Shown: positions 1 to 12,030, counted from the first letter of the stretch. The stretch: DNA of 64,000 nt from Candidatus Peregrinibacteria bacterium (GCA_016934215.1 JAFGTE010000028.1:2672-66671), one strand, 5' to 3'. Numbers and translations are program-made. The notes: generated by a model not told the origin, from the letters alone.

Positions 1-81
1 CACAACCAAAATATCCGTGACTTCATCCCGTTTCGACTCGGGATCCATCACGCGGCCGCCTTTAAGAAGGATCTTACTCAT
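1..81 (-). CDS. pyrC: Dihydroorotase N-terminus (partial, runs off window)
   Basis: Minus strand reads MSKILLKGGRVMDPESKRDEVTDILVV, a typical amidohydrolase N-terminus, directly after the pyrB stop. Confidence 0.7.
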   Translation of the reverse strand, partial: MSKILLKGGRVMDPESKRDEVTDILVV

Positions 82-996
82 TTACTTATAATATGCCTTA
101 GAAAGATTCTTGAGAAGCGCCATTCGCATGTAAACGCCGTTCTCCACCTGACGGAAGCAGGCGGACTGTTCCATATCATCCACATCCGGCGTGATCTCGT
201 CCACACGGGGCAGGGGATGCAGAATGCGCAGGGATTTCTTGCCGAGCTTCACCGTGGCCGAGGTCATCACATAAGAACCTTTCATTTTTAAATATTCTGC
301 CTCGCTTTCAAAACGCTCCTGCTGAATACGGGTCATGTAAAGCACGTCGATTTCCGGCATTTTGGAATCCAGATCGGCCGTTTCTTCGAACTCGATACCT
401 TTATCTTTCAGCATCTGGGTGTATTTCTCAGGCACCTTCAGTTCCGGCGGACTGATGTAGATGACCTTGGCTGGTTTATAAAGGCAGAGGATGTAAGTGA
501 GGGAATGAACGGTACGGCCGTATTTAAGATCCCCCACAAAAGCAATCGTCTTGCCGTCGATCCCGCCCGCTTCACGTTTGATAGTATAGGTATCGAGGAG
601 TGACTGAGTGGGGTGCTGGTTGGGGCCGTCTCCGGCATTCAGAAAGGGCTTTTTGGTGTATTTTACCGCTTCTTCCGCAGAACCGGGCGTGGGGTGGCGC
701 ATCACGATAATATCGGCGTATTTTTCCACCACGCGGATGGTGTCCGCCAGCGTTTCGCCCTTGCTGACCGAGGAGGTCTTGGGATCGGCAATAGTGATGA
801 CCGAAGCCCCCAGCCGGTGCGCGGCCGTTTCAAAAGAAAGACGGGTGCGGGTACTGGGTTCAAGGAACAGCGTCGCTACCACTTTGCCTTTCAGGTCCTC
901 CGTGTTCTTGCCGCGAAGGCTTTCAGCTTCCTCTAATAAAAAATCCACTTCTTCGCGAGTCAGATCCGCGGAAGTAAAAAGTTGCGTTCGATTCAT
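82..996 (-). CDS. pyrB: Aspartate carbamoyltransferase catalytic subunit
   Basis: Motifs EPSTRTRLSF, HPTQ, GDLKYGRTVHSL, HPLPR. Confidence 0.97.
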   Translation of the reverse strand: MNRTQLFTSADLTREEVDFLLEEAESLRGKNTEDLKGKVVATLFLEPSTRTRLSFETAAHRLGASVITIADPKTSSVSKGETLADTIRVVEKYADIIVMRHPTPGSAEEAVKYTKKPFLNAGDGPNQHPTQSLLDTYTIKREAGGIDGKTIAFVGDLKYGRTVHSLTYILCLYKPAKVIYISPPELKVPEKYTQMLKDKGIEFEETADLDSKMPEIDVLYMTRIQQERFESEAEYLKMKGSYVMTSATVKLGKKSLRILHPLPRVDEITPDVDDMEQSACFRQVENGVYMRMALLKNLSKAYYK

Positions 997-1126
997 GCTA
1001 CTTAATTTTAAATTTTACCTGCGCTATTTTATGCCTTTTTTGAACAGTTGTAAAATAGTTTAGAAATACTTGACAAAAATTAAAAAATCCTTAAAATATA
1101 GTACATAAAATCTAATTGAACTATAT

Positions 1127-1639
1127 ATGAGCGACTTAGCCAATTTTTATACCAAAGCAGACCCGGACTTTACAAAAGCATCAGTCGATGAAAATCTGGA
1201 AGGACTGACTCTTAAAGAACTCAGAGAAAGACGAGTCGCTGCCACACGGACAGCCATCGGTATTAATTTAGAATTCTGTCGCCGTCTAAAAGCTAGATTG
1301 ATAGAACTGGGAGCGCCTGAAAATATTATAGTTCAGACGTCTGATGTGACAGCGTGCGTGCCCCTTGATCCGGTTATCGAAGATCCGGAGGTTCCTTTTT
1401 GTATTAATGTTAATCTACCTGAACCAGGAGATGATGAAGAATGGAATGAAGAAAGTTTGAAAGCAAAGATCAAAAAAATTAAAACCGCTTTAACTGAAAT
1501 AATCGGATGTCCGCTTAATCAGCTTGAAACCACTGAAATAGTACCTGGGGAAATAAGCGTTTCTTTTGCCCTTAACGAAAACGGCTATCCTGAAGAACTG
1601 CTAGAACTGCTAGAGGGAACAGTAGTCGATGCAGAATAA
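1127..1639 (+). CDS. Hypothetical acidic protein
   Basis: 170-aa ORF filling the gap, with TTGACA at 1070 upstream; no family recognised. Confidence 0.65.
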   Translation: MSDLANFYTKADPDFTKASVDENLEGLTLKELRERRVAATRTAIGINLEFCRRLKARLIELGAPENIIVQTSDVTACVPLDPVIEDPEVPFCINVNLPEPGDDEEWNEESLKAKIKKIKTALTEIIGCPLNQLETTEIVPGEISVSFALNENGYPEELLELLEGTVVDAE

Positions 1640-1641
1640 AT

Positions 1642-2550
1642 TCAAGGTTTTTCCAACCCTAGCGGCTCATAAAGCTCGGACGGATCATCAAAAGGCCTTA
1701 TATTAGGAGGGTAATTTGAAGGAATGTGAGCATTGGGCAGAGAGCCGCTCAGGCCATAGATCTCGTTCAGCTGGCTCATAAATCTTTCAGAGTCCCGGAC
1801 TCCATGAAGGGCATGAAACCCCCGCATCGGCGCAAAACGGTTAGCCAGCGCCATATCTCTTGAATAATTATCCCCAAAAATGGCAACACGCTGTCCGATC
1901 TCTTCAGCAGACATGCCAAGCAGTTCCTCCAGATGGGTATCGGGTTTTTCAGTGTCGGTTTCCGTCAGAGGGATCTGAAGGGACCGACGAAGCGCTTTGC
2001 TAAATCGCTCACGGGATTCCATAAGGGGTTCTTCGGCATCCCGGATGGCGATCAGTCTGGAAAAATGCCGCCTGCCCAGCAGCTGAGCTTTATGGGACTT
2101 GAGTTTTGAGCAGGTGCTGAGTGTTCGGGCGTCTGTCAAAGCGATCACTTGTCTGCCTTGCTTTTTGGCGGTATGAAGCAATTCGGGCATTCCCGGATAA
2201 GGCTTTAGCCGCTTTGTTTTTGCCGCATTGAATGCCCGGCGAACTCTTTTGTATAATTCCTTTTTCCGCGTTTCATTTCGAATGAAGTCCCCAAAAAACG
2301 CTTCTGCTTCCATAGACTGCAGGAGCGTCGGACTTTCAAAGCCTCTTGCCGCGTAATGGCGTTGCATGGCCCGAATGATATCGGCTTCCGGAATACCGGT
2401 ATACTCAAAAATGGCGTGCATCATAGCGCGGTTCGTATAAACAGCATATTCAGGAAAATTAGTGACCGTCCCGTCCAGGTCAAACAGTAAGGTATCCGGG
2501 GCCTGCTCATATTTAAATGCGTCAGTCATTTTTATAGGGTTGGAAAGCAT
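1642..2550 (-). CDS. HAD-superfamily hydrolase
   Basis: Motif I FDLDGT, a KP motif and motif IV GDNYSRD. Confidence 0.75.
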   Translation of the reverse strand: MLSNPIKMTDAFKYEQAPDTLLFDLDGTVTNFPEYAVYTNRAMMHAIFEYTGIPEADIIRAMQRHYAARGFESPTLLQSMEAEAFFGDFIRNETRKKELYKRVRRAFNAAKTKRLKPYPGMPELLHTAKKQGRQVIALTDARTLSTCSKLKSHKAQLLGRRHFSRLIAIRDAEEPLMESRERFSKALRRSLQIPLTETDTEKPDTHLEELLGMSAEEIGQRVAIFGDNYSRDMALANRFAPMRGFHALHGVRDSERFMSQLNEIYGLSGSLPNAHIPSNYPPNIRPFDDPSELYEPLGLEKP

Positions 2551-2625
2551 TTTAGTTGAGCCTCAACATTTTGGCAACACCTTGGAAATTCAGGGAATCC
2601 GCGTTATAGTAACTCAGCTTAATGA

Positions 2626-3912
<1,287 letters not shown>

Positions 3913-4035
3913 TTGTTTTAAGGAGTAATATATCTCTTTTAATAACATTGTCTGAACATGGTTCCAGCATTGTTGGGGCAATACCATCAAAAAGACCTCG
4001 CCCCAAAGTCCTCCTTTTGATAAATTAAAAAGCAG

Positions 4036-4575
4036 ATGAAACTAATTGTCGGACTTGGAAACCCCGGGGATAAATATAAAAAAACGCGTCACAACGCAGG
4101 TTTTATGGCGGCTGATAAACTGGCGGAGCATTTTGGGATGGAAGAGTTCAAATCATTGGATAAAGGAAAATCACTCATGACCAAAGGCGAAATTGCGGGG
4201 GAAAAAGTGATTTTGATAAAACCCCAGAGCTATATGAACCTTTCGGGCATTCCTACGGCAGCGGTAGCCAGTTACTTTAAGATTGACCGGAAAGACATCA
4301 TTGCCATTTATGACGATGCGGATATCGAAAGCGGCACGCTGCGAGTCCGCCAGGAAGGCTCGGCGGCCGGGCACAATGGTGTGAAATCACTGATCGAAGA
4401 ACTGGGCGGTGATGATTTTGTGCGGATTCGCCTGGGGATCAAACCTGAAAAACCCTTTCCCGGAGCACTGGAAGATTACGTACTCGGAAAGCTCACGAAA
4501 GACGAGCAGTCTGTCCTGACTCGGGTGCTCGATCAGCTTCCGGAGGTCATTGAAAAAGTGATAAAAGAGGCTTAA
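4036..4575 (+). CDS. pth: Peptidyl-tRNA hydrolase
   Basis: LIVGLGNPG..Y..TRHNAGF, MNLSG, GHNG. Confidence 0.97.
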   Translation: MKLIVGLGNPGDKYKKTRHNAGFMAADKLAEHFGMEEFKSLDKGKSLMTKGEIAGEKVILIKPQSYMNLSGIPTAAVASYFKIDRKDIIAIYDDADIESGTLRVRQEGSAAGHNGVKSLIEELGGDDFVRIRLGIKPEKPFPGALEDYVLGKLTKDEQSVLTRVLDQLPEVIEKVIKEA

Positions 4576-4594
4576 AATTTTGAGGCAAGTTTGT

Positions 4595-4669
4595 TCGGGA
4601 GTAGCCAAGTGGTAAGGCACCGGGTTTTGGTCCCGGCATTCGTGGGTTCGAATCCTACCTCCCGAGCCA
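4595..4669 (+). tRNA. tRNA-Gln (anticodon TTG)
   Basis: Cloverleaf with TCGGGAG/CTCCCGA acceptor, CCGGG-TTTTGGT-CCCGG anticodon arm, GGTTCGAATCC T-arm, encoded CCA. Confidence 0.96.
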
Positions 4670-4686
4670 TCAAAAAATTATTATTG

Positions 4687-4959
4687 ATGAATCCAGCAAC
4701 CGAAAAACCGTCGATTTCAAATATACTCAATAGCCTGGTTGGCATGAAAGCAGCCATTGTAAGCCTTCTGGAAGAAAATAATTTAGCCTGCGGTAAACTT
4801 GAAAACCAAACTGAAGCAAAACAAACAACGCTGCTTGCCAGAAGAACTGAAATTATAAGACTGCTGAGATTACTGGAAGGGCAAACAGAAATTCCTGCTG
4901 AAGTTCACGATGGCTTTAAAAAGTTGATTTATCCTCAAAGAAAGCCGGAAAATTACTAA
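4687..4959 (+). CDS. Small hypothetical protein
   Basis: 90-aa ORF from the ATG just after the tRNA; the longer ORF-track start overlaps the tRNA. Confidence 0.5.
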   Translation: MNPATEKPSISNILNSLVGMKAAIVSLLEENNLACGKLENQTEAKQTTLLARRTEIIRLLRLLEGQTEIPAEVHDGFKKLIYPQRKPENY

Positions 4960-4990
4960 ATTCCACCTTGTCCCTCAAGCATTTTACAGA

Positions 4991-5437
4991 TTGAAGATCA
5001 TTCACCAGAACAAAAAGGCCATTTTTGACTACGAAATCCTTGATGAATACAAGGCGGGCATCATGTTACTTGGATCCGAGATCAAATCCATCCGAAAAGG
5101 CAATGTGAACCTGAAAGGCAGTTATGTCTCGGTTCAGAACGGAAGAGCCTTTTTGAAAGGGGCACATATTTCCCGTTATCCTTTTGACAGCACTACCGAT
5201 TATGATCCTTTTCGCGATCGGGAATTACTCCTGAATAAATCCGAACTTCATAAAATCGTCAATCATTTAAACAATCAGGGGGTGACCATTGTGGCGCTCG
5301 CTGTTGGTCTGGATGGTAAGTACGCCAAACTGCAGATAGGAGTGGCTCGCGGTAAAAAGAAACACGACAAACGCGAAACGATCAAAAAACGGGAGACTAA
5401 ACGACAAATTGATAGAGCAATCAAACGTCATATCTGA
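4991..5437 (+). CDS. smpB: SsrA-binding protein
   Basis: NKKA.FDY, AGI.L.GSEIKSIR, ARGKKKHDKRE; TTG start. Confidence 0.95.
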   Translation: MKIIHQNKKAIFDYEILDEYKAGIMLLGSEIKSIRKGNVNLKGSYVSVQNGRAFLKGAHISRYPFDSTTDYDPFRDRELLLNKSELHKIVNHLNNQGVTIVALAVGLDGKYAKLQIGVARGKKKHDKRETIKKRETKRQIDRAIKRHI

Positions 5438-5464
5438 TAAACTATGAATCTCATAAACATTTAA

Positions 5465-6064
5465 ATGGACTTTATTCCCAAAAACATCCAAAAAGCGATC
5501 GAACAGTTTACTAAGCTCCCCGGAATCGGTCCAAAAACAGCCGAAAGACTGGTGTTCCACTTACTTAAAAAATCCGAAGCCGAAGTGGCGGAACTGGGCG
5601 AATCCATTCTGGCCCTCAAGAAGGCTATTCGGTACTGCAATATCTGTCAGCACCTGACGACCGAGGAAATCTGCGATATCTGTAAATCAGAAAGGCGCAA
5701 CAAAGCAACCGTGTGTATTGTGGAGGATTCCCTGGATTTGATGGCTCTGGAAAAAGCCAACGAATATAAAGGGCTCTATCATGTGCTTCACGGAATCATT
5801 TCCCCGGTTGACGGAATCGGCCCCGATGAACTCACCATCGCCGAACTGATCAAACGAGCTAAGAAAGGGGGCATCAAAGAAATGATTTTGGCTCTGAATC
5901 CTTCCATGGAAGGGGAGGCGACGGCCGCTTACATCAGCCGTTACGTAAAACCGCTCAATATCAAAATCACCCGCCTCGCCCGCGGCATTCCGATTGGCGG
6001 AAATTTAGAATATGCCGACTCTCAGACCCTGAAGCGTGCAATGGAAGGAAGGGTTGAATATTAA
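5465..6064 (+). CDS. recR: Recombination protein RecR
   Basis: LPGIGPKTAERL, C4 zinc finger, Toprim EGEATA, ARGIP.GG.LEY.D. Confidence 0.97.
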   Translation: MDFIPKNIQKAIEQFTKLPGIGPKTAERLVFHLLKKSEAEVAELGESILALKKAIRYCNICQHLTTEEICDICKSERRNKATVCIVEDSLDLMALEKANEYKGLYHVLHGIISPVDGIGPDELTIAELIKRAKKGGIKEMILALNPSMEGEATAAYISRYVKPLNIKITRLARGIPIGGNLEYADSQTLKRAMEGRVEY

Positions 6065-6081
6065 AAACTAACCCCCGGATT

Positions 6082-7848
6082 ATGCGATTACCCGGATTAG
6101 ACACCGTTGCCGACGGTATCGGTAAAGTTACCCGGCGTTTTCCTTTTGCGATGATTGTAGCCCTTATCGGCACGGCAAGTGCTTATTCGGTAGTACACTT
6201 CGAATCACTGGAAGATGAATGGTCACTTTACAGACTCCTGATGACCTCGGTCCTCGGTTTTTTGCTTTTTGTGGTACTCCAGCTCAAGCTGGAGCGTGAG
6301 AAGATGAAGGGCGGTTATGCCCTTTTGATCAAACTGATTGGCGCTGTCTTTCTGGCACTTTATTACTGGCAGCTCCCCAATGATTTTGACTTTGCTTCTT
6401 CGGCATTTATCATTCGTTTTTTCCTTCTCGGTCTGACCCTGCTCTTTTCGCTGACTTTTGTCCCTTTTATCCGGCACGTCAAAGAGGTGAACGGTTTTTG
6501 GCAGTACTGCAAGACTCTCTTCATCCGCTTCTTCCTGACCTTCGTCTTCACCGGCACGCTGTATCTGGGGCTGGTCCTGGCGCTGGTGGGAGTTAAAGAG
6601 CTGCTCGGAATCAATTTTGATGAAAAATTGTTCTTTGAACTATGGATCGTCATCGTCGGACTTATTTCGACCAGTTTTTTCCTTTTGGGAATTCCGGAAA
6701 GCACCGCGGCACTTCAGAAAAAGACGGATTACCACAGGGGTATTCAGATCTTTGCCGAATACGTTCTCACTCCACTGATTTTAATCTATGCGGTGATTCT
6801 CTATATTTATACCGGAAAAATCATCCTGAACTGGGACTGGCCGGAGGGCATGGTCTCCTGGCTGATCATTGTTTTTTCCATCGCGACCATTCTGGCCAAC
6901 TTTATGCTCTGGCCGCTTTTAAAAAAAGAGGTTTACGTGAAGTATTTTCAGAAGATCTCTTACGCTCTGCTGATTCCCATGACCATGGTCATGTTTCTGG
7001 CACTGAAGATCAGGATTGACGATTACGGCATTACAGAAGCGCGCTATTACGGCATGGTGGTCTGCTTCTGGTTTCTGGCTATGAGTCTTTATTTCATTTT
7101 TTCAAAAAAGAAGAACCTGCTCGTGCTGCCTGTCTCACTGTGTATCATTACCCTGCTTTCTTCGGCCGGCCCTATTAGTTCTATGAATATCTCCAAATGG
7201 AGTCAGATGAACCGCTTAAAGACAGCCTTGATAGAAAGCGGAATACTCATCGATGGCAAAGTCCAGAAGATAGAGGGCGAAATAGATAAGGAATTGATTG
7301 CTACGATTAGCAGTAGTCTCGATTATATCATCGAAGTTCATGGATTTGAGGTGCTCCAGCCTTGGTTTGATGAGAAGCTTAGTTTCAGTCGGTATGACTC
7401 CTGTTACCGAACTGAGTGTGTGACGAGATTGATGGGGATCAAATATCTATATCAATGGGAAAGGGGCGCAGAAGCCCCCATTGAGCCGGTCAGGGAATCT
7501 AAACATTTCTATGTTACTGAAAACTCACCTCTTCGTATCGAAGGGTACAGCGAGATAATACCCTTCCATATTAGTATTTTAAAAGAAGATGAAGGCAACG
7601 TTGTCGTTCGTGAAAATCCCCTCCGGTTGATTTATACAGACTCAGATGAAAAAGAAAAGACTATTGAGTTTGAAGCCTTGCTGACTGATTTGGAACAAAA
7701 TGTAACCGAACTAAAAAAGTGGGATGAAATGAGAATCGACAGAGAAGAAATAGGAATCGCCATTCAAAGCATCAATTATCAGCGAAACCCCGATAATACA
7801 CTGAATGAATACTTTTTTATGGATGGCTACCTCCTGATCAGGGACTAA
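6082..7848 (+). CDS. Multi-pass membrane protein, DUF4153-like
   Basis: About ten hydrophobic helices, RI.DYG.T..RYY motif, soluble C-terminal domain. Confidence 0.65.
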   Translation: MRLPGLDTVADGIGKVTRRFPFAMIVALIGTASAYSVVHFESLEDEWSLYRLLMTSVLGFLLFVVLQLKLEREKMKGGYALLIKLIGAVFLALYYWQLPNDFDFASSAFIIRFFLLGLTLLFSLTFVPFIRHVKEVNGFWQYCKTLFIRFFLTFVFTGTLYLGLVLALVGVKELLGINFDEKLFFELWIVIVGLISTSFFLLGIPESTAALQKKTDYHRGIQIFAEYVLTPLILIYAVILYIYTGKIILNWDWPEGMVSWLIIVFSIATILANFMLWPLLKKEVYVKYFQKISYALLIPMTMVMFLALKIRIDDYGITEARYYGMVVCFWFLAMSLYFIFSKKKNLLVLPVSLCIITLLSSAGPISSMNISKWSQMNRLKTALIESGILIDGKVQKIEGEIDKELIATISSSLDYIIEVHGFEVLQPWFDEKLSFSRYDSCYRTECVTRLMGIKYLYQWERGAEAPIEPVRESKHFYVTENSPLRIEGYSEIIPFHISILKEDEGNVVVRENPLRLIYTDSDEKEKTIEFEALLTDLEQNVTELKKWDEMRIDREEIGIAIQSINYQRNPDNTLNEYFFMDGYLLIRD

Positions 7849-8987
7849 GGGGTTTGTTGTGGCGCGTTCGGATGCTCGCGATAATATTTACGCTTAACTG
7901 CATCGGTGTACCTTGGATCAATGACCCAGTTACCTTCCTGATTCCGCGTCAGCATATAACCCTGCCGGGTCACGCGCAGGGGTTCACCTTCGTAATTTCC
8001 ACGGGTATAAATAGCATAGATACCTTCCATTTCCGGATCAGCAATAACGACCAGCTGCAACTTATTATGGGGTTCGTAGCGCTGCCGGGTGATTTCTTCA
8101 TAGGTTGTGCCCTGATGCTCCTGATGATATTTAAGATCCCGGAAGCGCGGATCATTGATTTCAAACCCAAGTTGTCGGGCTTCAATCAGCTGAACGAGAC
8201 GTCTGGGGAAATCCACATTCTCGACTTTATAAATAATCTGCATTTCAGGAACAATCTTTTCGTAGGGAGCTACCAGTAAATCCAGCAACTTTTGCATTCG
8301 CTGAGGTTCCGGCCAGTTTTCATCGACATCGTAATAAGTATCCCAGTCACCGTGTTGCTGATAAGCATTTTCAAAGCGAGCACGATAATGTACCATTTGC
8401 CGGTTGTATTCCTCGTGTTCCATCCAGGGGGGAGTGCCTTTAGCTCCCGTTAAATCAAGACCGCCAGCCTCTGTAAGATAGCCGCCCCGGGTTTCGATTA
8501 CGACCTTAAAGCTATCAGGGATATCTTCATTTTCTTCGGTGTAAGGACGGCGTTTGACAATTTCTACCCGGCCGTACTTCTTTTCCTGATACTCAAATGC
8601 GTAAGGGTATTGCAGCACTAAATTAAGAGCGGCATAAGTGGCATTCGTCTGACCGGTCTGGATCAGATGATGCATCATGCCGGGATTCAGATATTGCTCG
8701 TATAGATCCTCATGGACCGTTTGCATGCGAGTTACTTCCGTCGGTGACAGGTAGCCCTGCATAGCAACTGCCTCTTTGGCTATTTCACCAGACTCGGAAT
8801 GGTTTGGAGGCAATTTCGTATAATTCCGGGTGCGAGCCACTTCCTGATGAGTATCAGTATCCGAAGGAGCAGAAGCGGGAATTTCCTGATGAATTGTGCA
8901 TGCCGGGCCGGCTAAAGCAGCCATAATGGCCAGGCGGCCTGCTAATTTCTGTGAGCAAGCTTCTTTAGGGTGTGAAGGCGGTTTCAT
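7845..8987 (-). CDS. Hypothetical exported protein / possible lipoprotein
   Basis: 380-aa ORF with N-terminal hydrophobic stretch ending LAGPAC; TTGACA promoter-like sequence upstream. Confidence 0.6.
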   Translation of the reverse strand: MKPPSHPKEACSQKLAGRLAIMAALAGPACTIHQEIPASAPSDTDTHQEVARTRNYTKLPPNHSESGEIAKEAVAMQGYLSPTEVTRMQTVHEDLYEQYLNPGMMHHLIQTGQTNATYAALNLVLQYPYAFEYQEKKYGRVEIVKRRPYTEENEDIPDSFKVVIETRGGYLTEAGGLDLTGAKGTPPWMEHEEYNRQMVHYRARFENAYQQHGDWDTYYDVDENWPEPQRMQKLLDLLVAPYEKIVPEMQIIYKVENVDFPRRLVQLIEARQLGFEINDPRFRDLKYHQEHQGTTYEEITRQRYEPHNKLQLVVIADPEMEGIYAIYTRGNYEGEPLRVTRQGYMLTRNQEGNWVIDPRYTDAVKRKYYREHPNAPQQTP

Positions 8988-9084
8988 AAAAAATAAGGAA
9001 TTAGATTATTTTATATACTATAAATTAGCAGATGTCAATTTTAACTCTGAATCAGTCATTGGGAACCCGCTCTTCGCTATGCCA

Positions 9085-10362
9085 TTAGGTTCCATTAGAG
9101 GAAGCATCTGCCGGCGCCTCCTCACCAACAATATAAAAATTAGGACGAGCCTGATATTTACTATAAATCGTCTCTATAAAAGATTTATTTTCCTTCTCAC
9201 CGGTAACCTCATCTTGTACCATTTCATCGTCATACGTCACGTAGCGGTACCAGGTAACATTCACACCGGGAACGGCATGACCGACCACCTGGGTTTCACC
9301 GGGTTTCAGGTTAGGGGAGTACTCAACACGTTCTGCCGGAGGGGCAAACCAGCCCCCATAATAAGGTCCGATCATATGGACCGTGCGGTTCGTTTTTTGA
9401 CCATAAAAATTATAATAAGCCTTATTGCCCACCGTGAACGACTGTATCAGCATATAGTGCGGCGTATCGTTAATAAATTTCATTTCGACTTCCGGGGGGT
9501 AGACGGTTGCATCCAGGCCCAGCGGCTTATAATAACTCACTGCATAAGAGTGATTCCTGCGTGCGGTGACCGGATATCCGGCTGCCAGAACTGCACGATA
9601 AGCGGTGGTTGACACCTGACACAAACCGCCTCCGAATTCGGGCACCGTTTTGTCCCCCTTGATTACCAGTTCTCTGAGGAAACCGGTACTGGCATCCACG
9701 GGTCCCAGGACATTACCAAAGACAAACTCTTCACCGGGTTTGACAATGTGCCCGCTGAACTTGGAAAGTCCGGTATTGATATTGCTGATGCGGTTGTAGG
9801 GGGAATAACTGAAATCGGTTTCACCACCGGAAATAAGCTCTTTGATACCAAACTCTTTTAATTTGTCACTGAGCACTGTTACCACCGGATCTTCACGAAG
9901 GAGGGGCAGATGCACATATTTCAGATCATGTTTCAGGGCATACTCCATCATTTTAGTGGCGGCTTCCAAATCAAGCTGACGGCCATAAAGCCCCGTACCT
10001 TCAAAAATAACCTTGCCCTCCTGATTCATATCGATGGTCACGTCTTCTTTTGCGCGGTATACCTCAGGGGCCACGACCGTTTCCAGATAATGACGGATTT
10101 TCATACTATCCAGACCTTTAATGGATTCATTACTGATGAGTTCAGACGTCAGAGGGGCGTCTTCTCGGTTGATCGCGACCTCCAGGCCCCCAAAATCTGT
10201 TTTTTGATAATCAGAAAGTAAATCAAGCTGCTGTGGATTGATCTCCCATATTCTAAAATCCGTTTTCAGGATAAGACTGTCGGGTAAGTCCAAAGCCAGG
10301 CTCAGGGTTGGAAAACACAGGAAGGCGCCTAGGATGAAAAGACTGCGGGTAATGTATCTCAT
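9085..10362 (-). CDS. VanW family protein
   Basis: Signal peptide; GGGLCQVSTT, RRNHS..V.YY...G.DATVY, F.NDT. Confidence 0.9.
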   Translation of the reverse strand: MRYITRSLFILGAFLCFPTLSLALDLPDSLILKTDFRIWEINPQQLDLLSDYQKTDFGGLEVAINREDAPLTSELISNESIKGLDSMKIRHYLETVVAPEVYRAKEDVTIDMNQEGKVIFEGTGLYGRQLDLEAATKMMEYALKHDLKYVHLPLLREDPVVTVLSDKLKEFGIKELISGGETDFSYSPYNRISNINTGLSKFSGHIVKPGEEFVFGNVLGPVDASTGFLRELVIKGDKTVPEFGGGLCQVSTTAYRAVLAAGYPVTARRNHSYAVSYYKPLGLDATVYPPEVEMKFINDTPHYMLIQSFTVGNKAYYNFYGQKTNRTVHMIGPYYGGWFAPPAERVEYSPNLKPGETQVVGHAVPGVNVTWYRYVTYDDEMVQDEVTGEKENKSFIETIYSKYQARPNFYIVGEEAPADASSNGT

Positions 10363-10616
10363 TGCTTCACTTTCTTGTTTTTTGGCGTGAGAATTTTGAT
10401 CACGGCCTTTTTGATCGTCCCCATTTCATGATCTTCACGAAGCTTGGCTTTTCCTTTCAGAAACATCTCAAGCGATCTGTCACGGATAGCCTTTCGGGTA
10501 TCCTTGCCTGCCTGCGGAGCTAAAGTCAGCCCTAAAATAGAACCGATGGCACCGCCAACGATCACCCCTGTTAAAAATTTTAATATCCCTCTTCCGACTT
10601 TTTTATTTTTGAGCAT
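10359..10616 (-). CDS. YtxH-like small membrane protein
   Basis: F..G.IVGGAIG...GL.LAP..GKDTR. Confidence 0.8.
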   Translation of the reverse strand: MLKNKKVGRGILKFLTGVIVGGAIGSILGLTLAPQAGKDTRKAIRDRSLEMFLKGKAKLREDHEMGTIKKAVIKILTPKNKKVKQ

Positions 10617-10650
10617 ACTTTATTGGGTTAGTGGGCAAATTTTACCAATT

Positions 10651-12030
10651 TTACGCGTTCCAGTCAATTTCTGAATAATTTTTAAGGTGTTCCATGATTT
10701 CCTGTTTTATTTCGTTTAAATGGCTCTCTGACTCTGCTTCCATAATAATGGAGAGTCGGGGACTGGTATTGCTCACCCGGATACCGCACCAGCCGCCCTG
10801 ACCGAAATCAATCCGTATGCCGTCCATAGTGGTACTGGGGTATTTGTCTTTAAAATGGGCCACCACCTCCTCCAGAACTTCAAATTTCTTATCATCCGGA
10901 CAATAGGGTCGGATTTCAGGAATGGCAAAAGTCTTTGGAAAGGCTCCAAAAAGGCCCGAAACCGGTTTATCTGCATCGCTGACAATTTTAAGAATACGGC
11001 ATGCTGTTACGAGTGCATCGTCGTAGGGATAATAATTTTCCGGAAGGAAAAAATGGCCCGACTGTTCGCCTCCCAAAATGGCCTTGTGCCGACTCATGGC
11101 ATTTTCCACATAAGAATGGCCCACCTTGCACATCACGGGTTCACCGCCCCAGGACTTCACCTGATTAAAGAGTGCCTGAGAGTTAGAAACAGTAAACACC
11201 AGCGTTCCGCCGGGGTGCCGGGAAAGTACATCCCGGCTGAGAAGCATCAGAAGATGATCAGAGTTGATGAATGCGCCCTTTTCGCTGATCAAAACCACCC
11301 GGTCTCCATCACCGTCAAAACCAAGGCCTAAATCCGCTTTCACTTCAATAACTTTCTTTTTCAGATCTTCCATATTCGCTTCAATAATGGGATCCGCTTC
11401 ATGATTTGGAAAAGTTCCATCCAGTTCTGTATAAAGTTCCACGACTTCATGGCCAAGCGCTCGGATGACTTTCGGATACAGTTTTCCGGCTACGCCGTTT
11501 CCTGTATCAATGACGACTTTTAAAGGCTTTACGACAGGAAAAACCGATTTTATTTTCTGGATATAAAAATCCGCGTAATCAGCCGTCTTTTGGGAGCCCT
11601 TTCCTTCGCTGAAATCACCATTTTCAATGAGCTTATAGATTTTCTGAATTTCATCACCAAAAACCGCGTGAGCATTGGCCAGCATCAGCTTAAAACCATT
11701 GAACTCTTTTGAATTGTGACTGGCGGTAATATTGCAGCCGCCATCAAATTTCCCTTCTGTTACCACAAAATAAACATAGGGGGAGGGAGTAATGCCGACA
11801 TTGGTCACTTCGCAGCCGGTCGACATCAGACCTTCCGTAAAACCCTCAAAAAGTTCCATGCTGTGCGTCCGGCAATCCTGGCCGACAGCCACACGGGGGG
11901 AGGGAATAGATTTTTCCTGAATAAGGTAAGTGCCAAAAGCCTTACCGATTAAAGCAGCATTCTCCTTATTCAGCTGCTGAGGATAAGTGCCGCGGATGTC
12001 GTAAGCCCGGAATATTTTTTGATCGATCAT
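10651..12030 (-). CDS. Phosphomannomutase/phosphoglucomutase
   Basis: IFRAYDIRG, ITASHN, DGDGDR, GGEQSGH. Confidence 0.93.
   Translation of the reverse strand: MIDQKIFRAYDIRGTYPQQLNKENAALIGKAFGTYLIQEKSIPSPRVAVGQDCRTHSMELFEGFTEGLMSTGCEVTNVGITPSPYVYFVVTEGKFDGGCNITASHNSKEFNGFKLMLANAHAVFGDEIQKIYKLIENGDFSEGKGSQKTADYADFYIQKIKSVFPVVKPLKVVIDTGNGVAGKLYPKVIRALGHEVVELYTELDGTFPNHEADPIIEANMEDLKKKVIEVKADLGLGFDGDGDRVVLISEKGAFINSDHLLMLLSRDVLSRHPGGTLVFTVSNSQALFNQVKSWGGEPVMCKVGHSYVENAMSRHKAILGGEQSGHFFLPENYYPYDDALVTACRILKIVSDADKPVSGLFGAFPKTFAIPEIRPYCPDDKKFEVLEEVVAHFKDKYPSTTMDGIRIDFGQGGWCGIRVSNTSPRLSIIMEAESESHLNEIKQEIMEHLKNYSEIDWNA

Noticed and set aside
4591..4686. N-terminal extension of the 4591..4959 ORF and antisense ORF 4572..4757
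   Set aside because: Both overlap tRNA-Gln and are read-through artefacts
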